The notes beneath the pieces are model-generated. The model was not told the DNA's origin, did not search any database, and worked only from the letters and a program-made list of their open reading frames with translations. Shown one piece after another: positions 51,824-64,000 of a stretch of 64,000 nucleotides of DNA. The stretch covers positions 357,988,001 through 358,052,000 of the forward strand of contig OZ024740.1 in the NCBI GenBank assembly GCA_964016885.1, written 5' to 3'. A program made the position numbers and the translations under genes. Positions within the stretch are counted from its first letter, which is position 1. Each line of letters starts with the position of its first letter. Origin of the DNA: Eledone cirrhosa (Eukaryota).

Positions 51824-52044
51824 AATAATGCTTTCTTATATAGGCACAAGGCCAGTAATTATGGGGGAAGGGAAAGTCGATTAAATCGACCTAGGTACGT
51901 TACTGGTGCTTTATTTTATCGACCCTGTCAGGATGAAAGGCAAAGTTAACCTCGGTGGGATTTGAACTCAGATCATAAAGGGCCGTAACTCTATGCTACA
52001 AAGCATGGCGTCCGACTCTCTACCGATACTGCCAGTCCACCACC
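51824..52044 (-). mobile_element. SINE family A copy (long variant)
   Basis: body match. Confidence 0.87.
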
Positions 52045-52570
52045 ATCACGAATGAAACTTATAACCATAAGTGTATTGCGCCTATCATTTGCGAGGTGTA
52101 GACGTTCATAATTTTCCGACAAAAATAACTAATTTTAAAGAGTGTACTAGGTGCATTTTTTGAGACATCATCACAACCATTTTACCGACTTGATAAGGTA
52201 TATTCTATGAAGTCAGCAGCACTTACATGTAAGGCTGTTGTCAGTATCACTGCACGATAAGCTGCAACTTTTGTTTTCAGGGATGTACCTCTGACACTCT
52301 ATAGGCGATGATGTAGTTTACCAAAACATCAGTTTCCGTGGTGATGCCAAGGTAAGTAAAGAAGCTCACATATTTCAGATCTTTGCCATCAATAGTGATG
52401 GGTGCAAGAGGATGCCTTTGATCTGACCACAGCTGTTTAATGCCTCCTATATGCCCGAGGGATAGCTTTGGTTGATGTACCACCTCAGTCATCGTGTGAG
52501 TGTTTTAGCCTTAAAGCACTGATGGTTGAATAGCCCACCCGATGTACGGAACTCAAATCTGTCACCAGTG

Positions 52571-52826
52571 TTTTCACTCTTAGTACGGCAGTTACTTAAA
52601 TGTAAGTATGTATGTATACTGTACGGCGTAATTCGGGCTGTTTGTTTGTTTACAAACAAACAAACCGAGCATTATAATAAATGTTCGGTAAACCGATACG
52701 TGCATATATATATGTGTGCATGTATGTATATATATACATACTACTGTACGTCTCTATACATATATGTATGTGCGTATACATACATAGATACTTACATTTA
52801 AGTAACTGCCGTACTAAGAGTGAGAA
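52571..52826. repeat. element with 47-bp inverted repeats beside (TA)n
   Basis: 52571-52617 and 52780-52826 are reverse complements with 2 mismatches. Confidence 0.88.
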
Positions 52827-52851
52827 ATGAAATTTCGTTTCATTCTATTTC

Positions 52852-52890
<39 letters not shown>

Positions 52891-53034
52891 CTTGCTAGAA
52901 GGGATAATAGATGTTAAATAATGATGATGATAATATATATTCATTCATGTGTATCTATAAATATTATGTAAATATATATATATATATATATATATTATTC
53001 AGAAACATATTAATAGATAGGAAAATACATCTTA

Positions 53035-53105
53035 CAATATCTGATGAAAACATGCCAGTGAGTTATTATACAAACACTCTGACATCTTTGAAATACGTAT
53101 AATGG
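53035..53105 (+). ncRNA. hammerhead-like motif, decayed long stem II, palindromic stem III
   Basis: CTGATGA-aaacatgccagtgagtt...aacactctgacatcttt-GAA-ATACGTAT-A; weak stem I. Confidence 0.45.
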
Positions 53106-53152
53106 AATTATGTAATACAATGAAGATGTACGAATAAACTGTCTCTCTTATT

Positions 53153-53210
<58 letters not shown>

Positions 53211-53420
53211 TTCTGAAGATTCAGTCGGATCGAAAATTAACATTTGTAAGGATATTTTCTTGCTTTTTTTTAGATTTTATTATTTTTTTCTTCATTTTTC
53301 CATTTTTAACATGGCTACAGTATATGGATATACTTCCATATTATGGTTTCTTATTAAATGCTAACACTTTAAAATAATCCTTGAAATTTGAAATATAGTC
53401 GTTCAACGAAGGTGACTATA

Positions 53421-53609
53421 ATAATTGTTTCTACTTTAGGCACAAGGCCAGAAATTATCCAGTGCATTACTGGTACTTTATTTTATCGACCCCATAAGGA
53501 TGAAAGGCAAAGTCAACCTCGGCGGGATTTGAACTCAGATCGTAAAGGGACGTAACTATGCTGGAAAGCATGGCGTCCGACCCTCTACCGATACTGCCAA
53601 TCCACCGCT
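53421..53609 (-). mobile_element. SINE family A copy with TSD
   Basis: aaggtgactataataat at 53409-53425 and 53616-53632. Confidence 0.9.
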
Positions 53610-54410
53610 TACTATAAGGTGACTATAATAATAATTTCACATTAGGAATGATATTTGAGAAAATCTCCAGAGTTGCTTTATCCAATTTTCTCAACTATTA
53701 TTCATAATGATCAATTATTATTATATTTATCTGCGTTGGGATGACTGTATTTCAAATAGAATTAGCTTTTCAAATATGCTCTACCTTGAGGACAGAACAG
53801 AAAAAAGGCACATTATTTGAAATTCTGCATGGGTTTAAAACCAACAAAATGTTTTAAATTACCGCAAAAAAACGTATCTAAGAGACAGTATTATGTAAAA
53901 TAAGTCTGTTTATGTATTTAAATGCAAAATATTTCAGGTGAGAAAATATGTAGGTAAATAATGTGAATTATGGATACACATGAGTTATCTTCAGAACATT
54001 TTGACAATAGGCAATTGTTTCTACCATTAAAGTATAATCTAACGAGGCTATAGTAAGTTATGCATGTAACTATGAAAAATAGTTAATAAAATAAACTAAC
54101 TAAAAATAGTAAATAAGTTTTATTGTACGAGAAAAGTAGATTTTAAAAATACAAAAACAAAACTCCTTTTTTCTAAGATAGTAGTTTGTGGTTTGAGAGA
54201 GGAGTTTGATACTATTTATAGTAGATCAAGTGACTGCGTAAAAGCTTCTTCATTAGTTTCTTAATGGATATTATTGTAGTCGCTAAGCCCTAGGATCGAG
54301 TAGATATATAATCAAAAGCATTCTACTTTTGATCATCTTTTTTAGACAGAGTAAGACAACATTATTCATTGTATTTTCATACATGTTAAAACAAGAAAAT
54401 AGGTTATTAT

Positions 54411-54583
54411 TGTGGATTGGCAGTATCGGTAGCGAGTCGGACACCATGCTTTCCAGCATAGTTACGTCCCTTTACAGTCTGAGTTCAAATCCCGCCGAGG
54501 TTTACTTTGCCTTTCATCCTTACGGGGTCGATAAAATAAAGTACCAGTAATTGCTGGCCTTGTTCCTAAATTAGAAACAATTA
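54411..54583 (+). mobile_element. SINE family A copy
   Basis: body match. Confidence 0.87.
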
Positions 54584-55336
54584 TTTGAAAAGATTTTGCT
54601 GTAAATTCTAATAGGTTGAGTGACTGAATAAACACTCGTTCATTAGCTTGTTAATATAGGTGTTTAAAAACGTGTGGCTAATAAATGGCCATTATGACTA
54701 CTTAAATGCGATGATAGCTACTTTGACATGTGTTTCAGACAAACACATTAAATTGAAAAGAGGAAAAGTGTCATTTAACATTTTCTTTTGAGGCATATTT
54801 TCTTTTGTAAAATGTTTTATTATTTTTTTTTTAAAGCCAAAAGTAGTCAAATTGAATGCTCTAACAAAAGTAGCTGATATTTCAAGATTTATCTAATCAT
54901 TACAGCGAATTTTTAGAACGAATTTGTGTTATATTTTACTAGTCTAAAATAGTTGTAACACTATATAATTGACGGCTGTTTCCTTAGCATGATGTGCTGA
55001 GTTCCAAACCTCTTGTAAATATCACTTCAAAAAGAATGGTTTATGTCTGACTTTACCTCACCATGCCAAGCTGACTTACACAAAAAACTCTCTGAACCTC
55101 CGACTCTACATTCAATGAGTTGTAGTGCTTCTGTCAAATTACACAAATTTGACTAATATAAATAAACAAAAAGACTGTTTTAAAAGCCAGACTTTATCAT
55201 AGAAGATGGTTAATTTTAGGGAGGGATTCAGTAAAGAAAACTAAGTGGAGAAATTATACGTCATTTTGATTAATATGAATCAATGTTGAATGAAAGCTAT
55301 TAACTAATTGGTTACTCATTTAATCTGAGACAATTT

Positions 55337-55652
55337 CCGTGGTTAGAGCGCCTTACAATCGCGAAGTCGTGAGTTCGATTCTTGAACCTGGCTTTACGTT
55401 GTGTTCTTGAGCAAGACACTTTATTTCACGTTGCTCCAGTTCACTCAGCTGTAGCAATGAATTGCGACGACACTGGTGCGAGTTGTATCGGCCATTGCCT
55501 TTCCCTTGGTCAACATCGGTGGCGTAGAGAGGGGAGACTGGTATACATGGGCGACTGCTGGTCTTCCATAAAAACCTTGCCAGGAGGGGAACTTGCTAGG
55601 TGCAAATTTCATGGTCATTCGTGACCGAAGGGGTCTTTACCCTTTACCCTTA
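55337..55652 (+). mobile_element. tRNA-derived CORE-like SINE family C
   Basis: A-box-like cgtggttagag, B-box gagttcgattc, gtgttcttgagcaagacact core, (TTTACCC)n tail. Confidence 0.8.
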
Positions 55653-56439
55653 CTATACCTCAACTAGCTCAGCCTATCAAACAGACCATCCAGTCTTTGT
55701 TTAAGATGTAACACATCCAGGACAGAATTATTCTGGATCAATTTGTGCTCTCCTTTTTTTCAGACAGTAGGATGTGATGAGAGTGATTTGGTTACTATAT
55801 CTATCAGGCTGAAAGGCTATGTATGTTTAGTTTGCTATATCTCTATTTCTTATTGCGAGGTTTTTTTCTCCAGTTTGCAATTCAGCTACTTGTTCTAGGA
55901 GTTTAATCTTTAGCCTATAAAGTAGTTTATTTTATAGATTTATTTATGTTTTAAATAAAAAAAAAACATTCAAAGGGTTCAATAGGCATATAACTGATGG
56001 TTTCAATAAGGCATGATTTGGATGATAAAAACTTACTACCCCTTACTAGAAGAAAAAGACACATTGAATAATATAGTTCTAGGTACCCCTAAACAGATAG
56101 GATAGTCTTGGCTGTAATCGGTTTGATGATATGCCTACTAGATAAGGGTTGACCTCTTTACTTGATCAGATCAATTATGATTGTGTAGACCAATGAATAG
56201 CCTTTCCAATCACTACCATCACGGCCTTTTGCCAGGCACAGTATATATAGAACTGCATTATTCAATGCATCTTTAGCAGTTATTGGTTATTGAGTAGTCG
56301 CCACTTTAGCAGGGTGGTAGAATCAGTGGTCGTTAGTTGCCAGTGTGGTAAGTGATAGTATCCTCGTTGGATTATCTTGTTGACATAGACGTGAGGGAAG
56401 GTCCCTCGATCTATTTACCATCTATTTACAATATTCCTT

Positions 56440-56809
56440 TCGCCAGGTCGCCAATTCCAGCAGCATGGATTAAAGATGTTATTGAGACACGAGTAACATA
56501 ACAACGACTTCAACCGCAGTAATTAGAGATGAAATGTTTGTTTATTTATATGGTTGAAGTTACAGATAAAAAGAGGTTACAAAAGGGAATGTGCCATTGC
56601 GCCGTTAAGCCGGCGAGGCTAGTGGTGCAATATCTCACTGTTACATTATGCGTGTTGCTGGTACAAGAGAGAGATTCTTCAAATCTTCGCGGGGAATTTC
56701 TTCCTCAGGGCGCGAGGGATACATCCTCTTCCACTGGCGCTGATTGGCTGAACTGAGCCGAATCACGCACAGAGAATGTATGTGAGCCCGCGAAATGTAG
56801 GTCACTACA
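56440..56809 (-). mobile_element. LTR-like sequence with a PBS-like motif
   Basis: minus strand begins TGTAGTG, contains AATAAA and a TAACA end candidate at 56478, then tggcgacc about 22 nt later; no TSD seen. Confidence 0.35.
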
Positions 56810-57927
56810 CATCCTTTTATATAGACTGTTTAGATTGGCTGCTATTTTTAACAGTTGCAACGATCACATATATGCCCTTTTGTGTAAGTAAGTGCATATA
56901 ATTATTGTTTGTGTAGTTCGTTCGTGTGTAAAATGCTATTGTGTGTTGGCTGGCATATATTATATACATTTAGCATAAGTTGAAATGAATTAAATAAAAT
57001 CCAATTCAATAAAATATTTTATTTCAGTTATAATAAATTATATCTGAAAACCTGGTCATATCCTGTAATGTCTTCTCTTTTCATTGGCTTTTGCTGTCAG
57101 CGTTAATAATCTTCTTAATGCATTCCTGACTCAAAACTAAAGTTGACATATACTAAGATTACGCCTTTATACATATAATGTATTATATAATTTATAAAGT
57201 AGATAGTCTACCTTATCTGTTTCAACTCCCTTTGTCAGTAATCTTGAAGAGAGTTTCTGAATGCGTCATGAATAGTTTGTTGATTGAATTGACTCTAATC
57301 TTAAATTTGGCAAATAATGAAGACGATATTAATGTGCTTTGACAAAGCCAAGTAGTTTGAAATGTACCGTGTATAAGAATAATGGGCTATATTAGTAAAT
57401 GTTTGACATCCGTCTCTTACTTCTTGGATTTCTGTCAGATTGCACCATCGTAACGTGTACTGCTGGCGGTTTCTCTGAGCACACACTCTATAGATTCTGG
57501 TGTACCCCAAACTTCGGTTATTTTCCCTTTTACATTAGCAACTTTCTAGTCACCTTTAACAGCCCCAACTCTATCTCTATTCCTAACACAACTCAACCTT
57601 CTGTGATCGAGGAGCGCGAGGCTGCCTACGTGTGGAACCAGCTCGGCCACCGCTCTTTGAACGTTCACCCCCTCTCCCTTCCGTAGACGTCCAGTCCCCG
57701 CCCAATACCCAAAAATAAAAAAAATGAGACGCCATCCTTTGCAACATGATTTCAAATAGGCTGGTGAGCCAGCTCGATGAGCACTGTCTGGGATGTTTCC
57801 GCTCGGCCTCCCAACCCCACAGTGATGCTTGTCTGAGCACAGTTCGAACATTTATGAGTGGCTCTGAGATGGACAGCGATTGAATGCGCATCGGTTTTTT
57901 CCCGAGACTCAGTCTCACCATCTGCGG

Positions 57928-58157
57928 GAAGTGAAGATCTAGGAGGGCTAGGTAGAAAATTCCTAGCCCTCCAAGATCTTCACTTCTCTGTAGGCCATAA
58001 ATACCGGCAGATATTCTATCGCCGCACAGTGAACATAGGCTACTATTGTACTAATAACATTAAAGTCCACATCACAGGCAAACGCAAAAGCCCTCCACCT
58101 TACGGATGCTCATGCAGAAGGCCAGATACATACCCATTAGATCAACTGTGGAGTTAG
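57928..58157 (+). pseudogene. Penelope-like linker fragment starting with a fold-back hairpin
   Basis: GRKFLAL.D.HF..GHKYRQIFYRRTVNIGY...CSCRRPDTYPL aligns with the 3784-4599 protein. Confidence 0.7.
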
Positions 58158-58329
58158 CCCTTTTTATTTCATATAACAGGTTGAATGAGTTCGGGTGTAT
58201 AACCCAACAAAGCTTAAGTACCTGTATATGTCACTGTTGTAACTAATTATACTTAACACATCCTATGGACTGAGTGCTTTTACCCTTGGATATTTTTTAT
58301 CAAACGTATACTACAGTATATATATATAT

Positions 58330-58380
<51 letters not shown>

Positions 58381-59264
58381 TTTGTCTATGTGAATGCATG
58401 TATTTACATGTCTCTATTCTTCGTTGTTTTTATTGTTTCTCCCCACTTCAGTCGGTCTAACTATTTATGTGTTTTACGTTTAATGTTCATACCCTGAGGC
58501 AATCTCGTCGTTTAATTCTATTTCCTTTTAAGGTATATAATTGTAGTTAATTGTATGGTAAATTTAGTTAAGTTTAAGTAACTATTAAGTAAAGGTATAG
58601 ATGAATTAACAATAGATTTATTACGTTGAGCCAGTAATTATTTTTATTATGGGCTAGCTAAGGACGGTGAACCACGAATTCTATTCTTAATACTTGTATA
58701 TTGTTTACCAAAGTGTCAAGTTGTTTCTCGTTATTAACGAATAATTTTATGTCTTCCATTAATAATGGGTAGCTGGTGTCATGTTCATATTCTACCTTTA
58801 CTTTTCTCAAGATCTAGATCATTGGGTTAAGATTGATTATAAATAGCAAAGGTGATAGCCTATCCCGCTGAAATATTTCTCTCTTTATCATAACTTTCTC
58901 AAGTTTCTTACTCACTGTTGTGAGTTCTCTGCTAGTGGTCTATGCTATTTCTGAGAAATGGTTTGATGTTATCGGCTATTTGACGATCCAGGAATGCGAG
59001 ACAATATTAAACAACGTTTTATAATAAATCCAGGCCACAGCTAAACCTGTCTGTCTTAGATATTGTTCTTGATATACAACAACCACAAAATTTACTTTGA
59101 GTCAACTAAGGGTGATTTCTGTGTGGGAGCTCTATCTTGTAAAAATAGCAGCCACACTTATCTCAAGTCACATCTAACCACTGCGTATTAGTAGATGGCA
59201 CACATGAGGACGTAGTTTTATATATAAGAAAAGACGATGTTATATATATATATATATATATATA

Positions 59265-60280
59265 TCTTCTTCTTCTTCTTCTTCTGCCACTTATTCCTGA
59301 AAGGGTCGTACGGTCAGAGTCCTGAACAAACAGTCCTTCCAGTGGGTCCTGTCAGAAACAACTGTCTCCAACTGATCCGGCTGGATCCCCAAGAGAGACA
59401 AGCCAAGCGCATGGATGTTATGCAACCATCTTGCTCGTGGATTACCCTTGTATCTCCTGCCGGTTGGTTTTGCTCGTAAAATCTGTCCAGCGTTTCTTTC
59501 CTGAAACATTCTAACAACAAGCCCATGGAATCGGAGCTGTGATTTCTCAATTCGGAGAAGTAGCGGCTCTACCTGGACTGAGCTATGCACTCTGTCGAGT
59601 AACTTTACACCAAAGACCCTTCAGAGGAACCCCATTTTGGAAGCTTGTATTCGCGATCGTATTCTTTCAGTCATTACTCAATATTTGCGACCAGGGTTGG
59701 CATGAGTAACGAATTGAAGATAGCGAGTTTGACTTTTACACCTACCTCCCTTCTTCTCATTACCGAATTCTGAAGCTGGCGCATTATGGCACCAGCTCAA
59801 GTAGTTCTTGCACTTAATTCAGCGTCCTGCCTCCCACCACTCGTAAATATGACCCCTAGATACTTGAACTTATCCACCTGCTTCAGTGGAAATCCATTCA
59901 CATGTAGAGTGCACTGCGCAGGCTTTCTTGAGAGGACGAGTGTCTCAGTTTTCGCAGCACTGATTTTCATTCCTGCCGTGAAGCACTCGGCATCCCACCT
60001 ATCAAGTGCAAGTTGGAGATCACCTTCTGTCCAGTTAAACAACACCATGCCGTCTGATAATTCCAGCTGACTGATTTTACACCTGCCAGTCATGATACCA
60101 CTTCTAACTCGGCTGCGCATGAAAATAATTAACAGGAGAGGTGACAGTACGCAACCTTGGCGGCGTCTGTCACCCACATTGAATGGTTTCGATTTAGTAC
60201 CATTTATCCGAACATAAATACTCGGGCATTTGTATTGAGACATCAACCCAGCAAGAAGCTGACCCAACAATCTGTCCAAT
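59265..60280 (-). mobile_element. RTE (Expander/Rex3-like) 3' part, degraded, (GAA)n tail
   Basis: RQGCVLSPLL, MKISAAKTETLVL, VDKFKYLGVIFTSGGR, VEPLLLRIEKSQLR. Confidence 0.88.
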
Positions 60281-60510
60281 AATAAAGATACTACAAACTT
60301 TTAAATTAATAAACACATTAAAAAATATTTTATTGAAACTATAACAAAACACTGGTGTGTATGAATATAACAAAAGACTCATTTGTGTGTATAAAGTTTA
60401 ATTAACAAGTTGAAGTTATGTAGAATAGTATAGTTGACATGTCCATGAGTAGATGAAAGAATGAGGTAAAGTTATTTGTTACCGTTTTGAAGTTAGCTCG
60501 CAAGAGACCA

Positions 60511-60784
60511 TGTTAGGGTTGCCAGGCGAACGCGCCTAGCCGAAGACGCCTGGTCGAAGGGCCAGGCAGGTTAGAAGAGAGTGAAGCATCGGCGAACGCG
60601 CCTGGCCGAAGGCCAGGAGCCGAAAGGGCAAATGAGAGAGAGATCGCTCTGAGTATCCCTTTTATAGGGTCTCAGGACGGAAGTGACAAAAAGGGTTCTG
60701 CCACCCCAACGGGAAGTAACTCCAGCTACTTCCTGTCTAGAGAGCGGTGATGTGATTGTCATAAGGGAGGCAACTCTTGCTACA
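60511..60784 (-). mobile_element. solo-LTR-like GC-rich insertion
   Basis: TGT...ACA ends with gttgcc/ggcaac subterminal symmetry, minus-strand TATAAAA, internal duplicate ggcgaacgcgcct; no clear TSD. Confidence 0.4.
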
Positions 60785-61641
60785 AAACATTACGGGACAT
60801 TAATAGTTAATGAAGATGTAGTAATTAGTTTCTAACTAATTTGACAAAGGTTTTGCACTTGTTATGGTTGTCTTTGTATTGTGTTAGCTGAATACTGTTA
60901 CCATACTATAAGTGCTGCTAATGTGTTGGTATTATATGGATATCTATGAATATAGGTTTTGTGTGAGAGTATCGTTTGTTCTAGTTTTTAAATAATCTCT
61001 CTCAAATTTGCTTAAGTACACATATATTTAGTTATTGTTTAACGCGATTGTTGATACTTCCCACTCGTAATATATTCTCCCTGCTTTGGCAGGGAAAACA
61101 ATAAAGGTATGAATTAGGTAGACACAAAATAAGTAAAGATAATTTGTTTTATCTATTTTCAAGTGTATTTTACTGTAGACAGAATTTTGTATGTTGCCAG
61201 TTTATTTGACTTGTAGAAATTTACAAGCTAACAGAGGAGTGTCTACGTGATATCAGCCTACTCGAAAAGGCTGTCAAATATCCCTCAAATTACACCTTAA
61301 CGACCTAAATAGGAAGGATACAGAGGACAACGAAATCCTGATCTACAAAAGCTGGGGAGCTGTAAACAGCTGATTACTATATATATAGTAAAAAGTCGGC
61401 TTAAGATATAACCATATGTAGAGCGGAGGAACGGAGTGAGGGTGATAAAGGAAGAAAGAGTGTCTGAAGCATGAGATGAGAAATGAGAACGGTATAGAGC
61501 AGAGAAGAGGAGAGAAGAAGAGATCGATGGAGCAGAACTTTTGGAGATTTACGAAAAATAAAAAAAAATAATGGAGAAAGGATGAAGAAAGTAAACTAAC
61601 ACACACACACACGCGCACGCACGCACACACACGCACACACG

Positions 61642-61711
<70 letters not shown>

Positions 61712-62432
61712 CATAATGTGGTCCTTGAGAATCGACACGTTTTCCGTTCACGAAATTTCTGTTTCAAGGCATTAGTCAGTGTGAGAGATCACCCGAAACA
61801 CCACATTGTTGTGAAGTGAACTTATCAACTGTATAGCTAGGTCTTGTGTCGCTGAATGTATCTAGGGTGAGGGTGAAAGCTAAATGATCATATAGAGGCC
61901 TTGGTTGACACTTATTAACGGAGAATTAGCCTGTTCAACAACTGTGTAACAACTGAAGCTAGAATGTGTCCAAGAAATTTTAAACCCCACAATCTCAACC
62001 GTGCCTATTTGTAGATAATTTATAGTGAATGCTCTTCACCAATTTGTTAAACATGAGTAAAATTACTAAACATTCGTACTTCGCATCTAGCGTAAGAAGG
62101 TATCACCATGCGTACATAATTACGTTTGTACCTATGTTTGTTTTCTCTTACTAATTGGTGTTTCAGTATTTATTTTGATCGGCTGCCTACTAGCAAAACT
62201 GTTAAGTTGAACAATCGTTAACACTTTACATTTTCAGATTTTTCGTTGTAGCTGACTTGATCATAGAAAGACCGTTTTTAGAAATAAAAAAAAAAAGATG
62301 CACAGAAATCTGTATATTAATTTTTCTTTATCTTTTAAGGTGCCAACGTTTTCGTGTTAGCTCTATTGGAATTATATGAGTGACCAGGCCGTAGAAGTGC
62401 GACAAAAAATTTGACACATGAAATAAATGAGT

Positions 62433-62859
62433 ATTAACTCTTTCATTACCGTATTTTTAATGAAATACCTTGTATTTTGACCAGTGAATGAGGAATTTGG
62501 GAAGGATTTCAGACCTGCCAACCTCTAAAAATCCAAAGGGAGAATACCATGAAAAAAAGTGCCCCTAAACGGGGAGAAATGAGGCAAAATGGGGGTGGAT
62601 TTTATATAGTGAAAGCTATACCCATTTTTACAAGAAAAGGCATCTCTCCCGCATTCCAATTGCTATTGGGGACAGTCGAACGAGGAGAGTTGACGTGTCT
62701 GGGATTTACTTAAATTATAACTTCACTAAGATGGTATTTGTAACATATCTTTTTATATTAAATTATGTTAGAAAGTTTTAAGTGGGAACTTTTTAAAATG
62801 GATGGTTGTGTTTTATGGAAATAGAGGCGGTTTTAGGCTCACTGGTATCAAAAGGGTTA
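62433..62859. mobile_element. TTAA-flanked piggyBac-like MITE with a nested TIR element (62510-62701)
   Basis: ttaactctttcattacc...ggtatcaaaagggttaa; inner cagacctgccaac...gttgacgtgtctg flanked by ggattt on both sides. Confidence 0.65.
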
Positions 62860-63054
62860 AAGAAAACTTTCTCTGTGTGTTTTTTTAAAATAGTTAAATG
62901 CCTTTTGACGATGTAGGTACATCATATTTTATTATCTAAGATACGACGCCACCCTCTGTAATGCATAAACTATAGTGCTACGTTCCTTCTCAGTGAATAA
63001 AAAAATAAATTGTTATTCTTTGATCCAACAGATTGGTAGATATCTTTTTGCTCT

Positions 63055-63283
63055 AATAATGGTTTCTGATTTAGGCACAAGGTCAGCAATTTGTTTTTTG
63101 TTGGGTGTGGGAGTCGATTAAATCAGCCCCAGTGCGTGACTGGTACTTTATTTTATCGACCTCGTAAGGATGAAAGGCAAAGCTAACCTCTGCGGAATTT
63201 GAACTCAGAACGTAAAGGACCGTAACTCCATGCTGCGAAGCATAGTATCTGATGCTCTACTGATACTGCCAATCCACCGCCCT
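63055..63283 (-). mobile_element. SINE family A copy (long variant)
   Basis: body match. Confidence 0.87.
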
Positions 63284-64000
63284 TTTTTGCTCGAATAATA
63301 ATGTATATAAGCTGAAATGGTATTCTGAGTACTGCAATTTAAACTCATTAGTTGTACATAAATTCTTCTTTCTTTTGCACTGCTTTTATCAGATTGGGTA
63401 TGTTTTAAATTAAAGTAAAACAACATTACACAATAAACAATACAGAAAAGTATATATTTATTTTTGTCAAATATGTCATTAAGTTGATATGTTCTCACAC
63501 CAGACGTGGGTGGATTTCTTTTAATATCCATCTATGAAAAGAAGCGGAGAAGTGTCATTACATCCGACGGCCCTCCCAGACGGTAGCGATGGATGTGAAT
63601 GGTCTTCTGTTTAATAAACTGCAGGTCGGAGTCAACTTGAAAAACAAGAATACACATTGCATGTAATAAATAAAAATAAAAGCTAACGAGAAAAAAACAA
63701 GACAAAATATTTTTTTACATAAAACTAATAACCTTTTTCGAAATTATTTAACCATGGTAAAGAGAGACAGATGAAGTACCGAACCTGTAATCTACTGCCC
63801 CGAGCCTGTTGTCAAGTGAATCTTTTCTAATCAGAGGCGGACTGGGTCTTAAAACCATCCCGGGCGACACAGACTAACAGATTGCTGACTGCTGAGGGCG
63901 AAAGATGTTTTTATTGCTCAGCTAAAGCACGTTCCATTTTCGTTTCAACCTCTGTGCAGCGGCTATGACTTCAGTTTTCGTGACATTTTAAACATTTTAA

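Noticed and set aside
55337-55400. tRNA gene
   Set aside because: Degenerate tRNA-like SINE head without a complete cloverleaf

Overview
AT-rich, microsatellite-laden animal genomic DNA made up mostly of interspersed repeats. The SINE and RTE-tail motifs and the (TA)n/(CA)n/(CAT)n landscape resemble octopus (cephalopod) genomes; this taxon call is an inference. The window holds many RTE-clade LINE copies (one near full length at 34.5-38.3 kb), a 5'-truncated Penelope-like element with inverted terminal copies, and several type I hammerhead-ribozyme motifs next to TA tracts. It also holds an R4/Dong-like RLE retrotransposon remnant, a CR1-like endonuclease remnant, an internally deleted Helitron with both termini, TTAA-flanked MITEs, fold-back elements, LTR-like fragments and about 15 copies of one SINE family. 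No host gene is confidently identified. There is one candidate minus-strand first coding exon (about 51.24-51.42 kb), where CpG density also appears to change. Boundaries of degraded repeats were estimated by eye.
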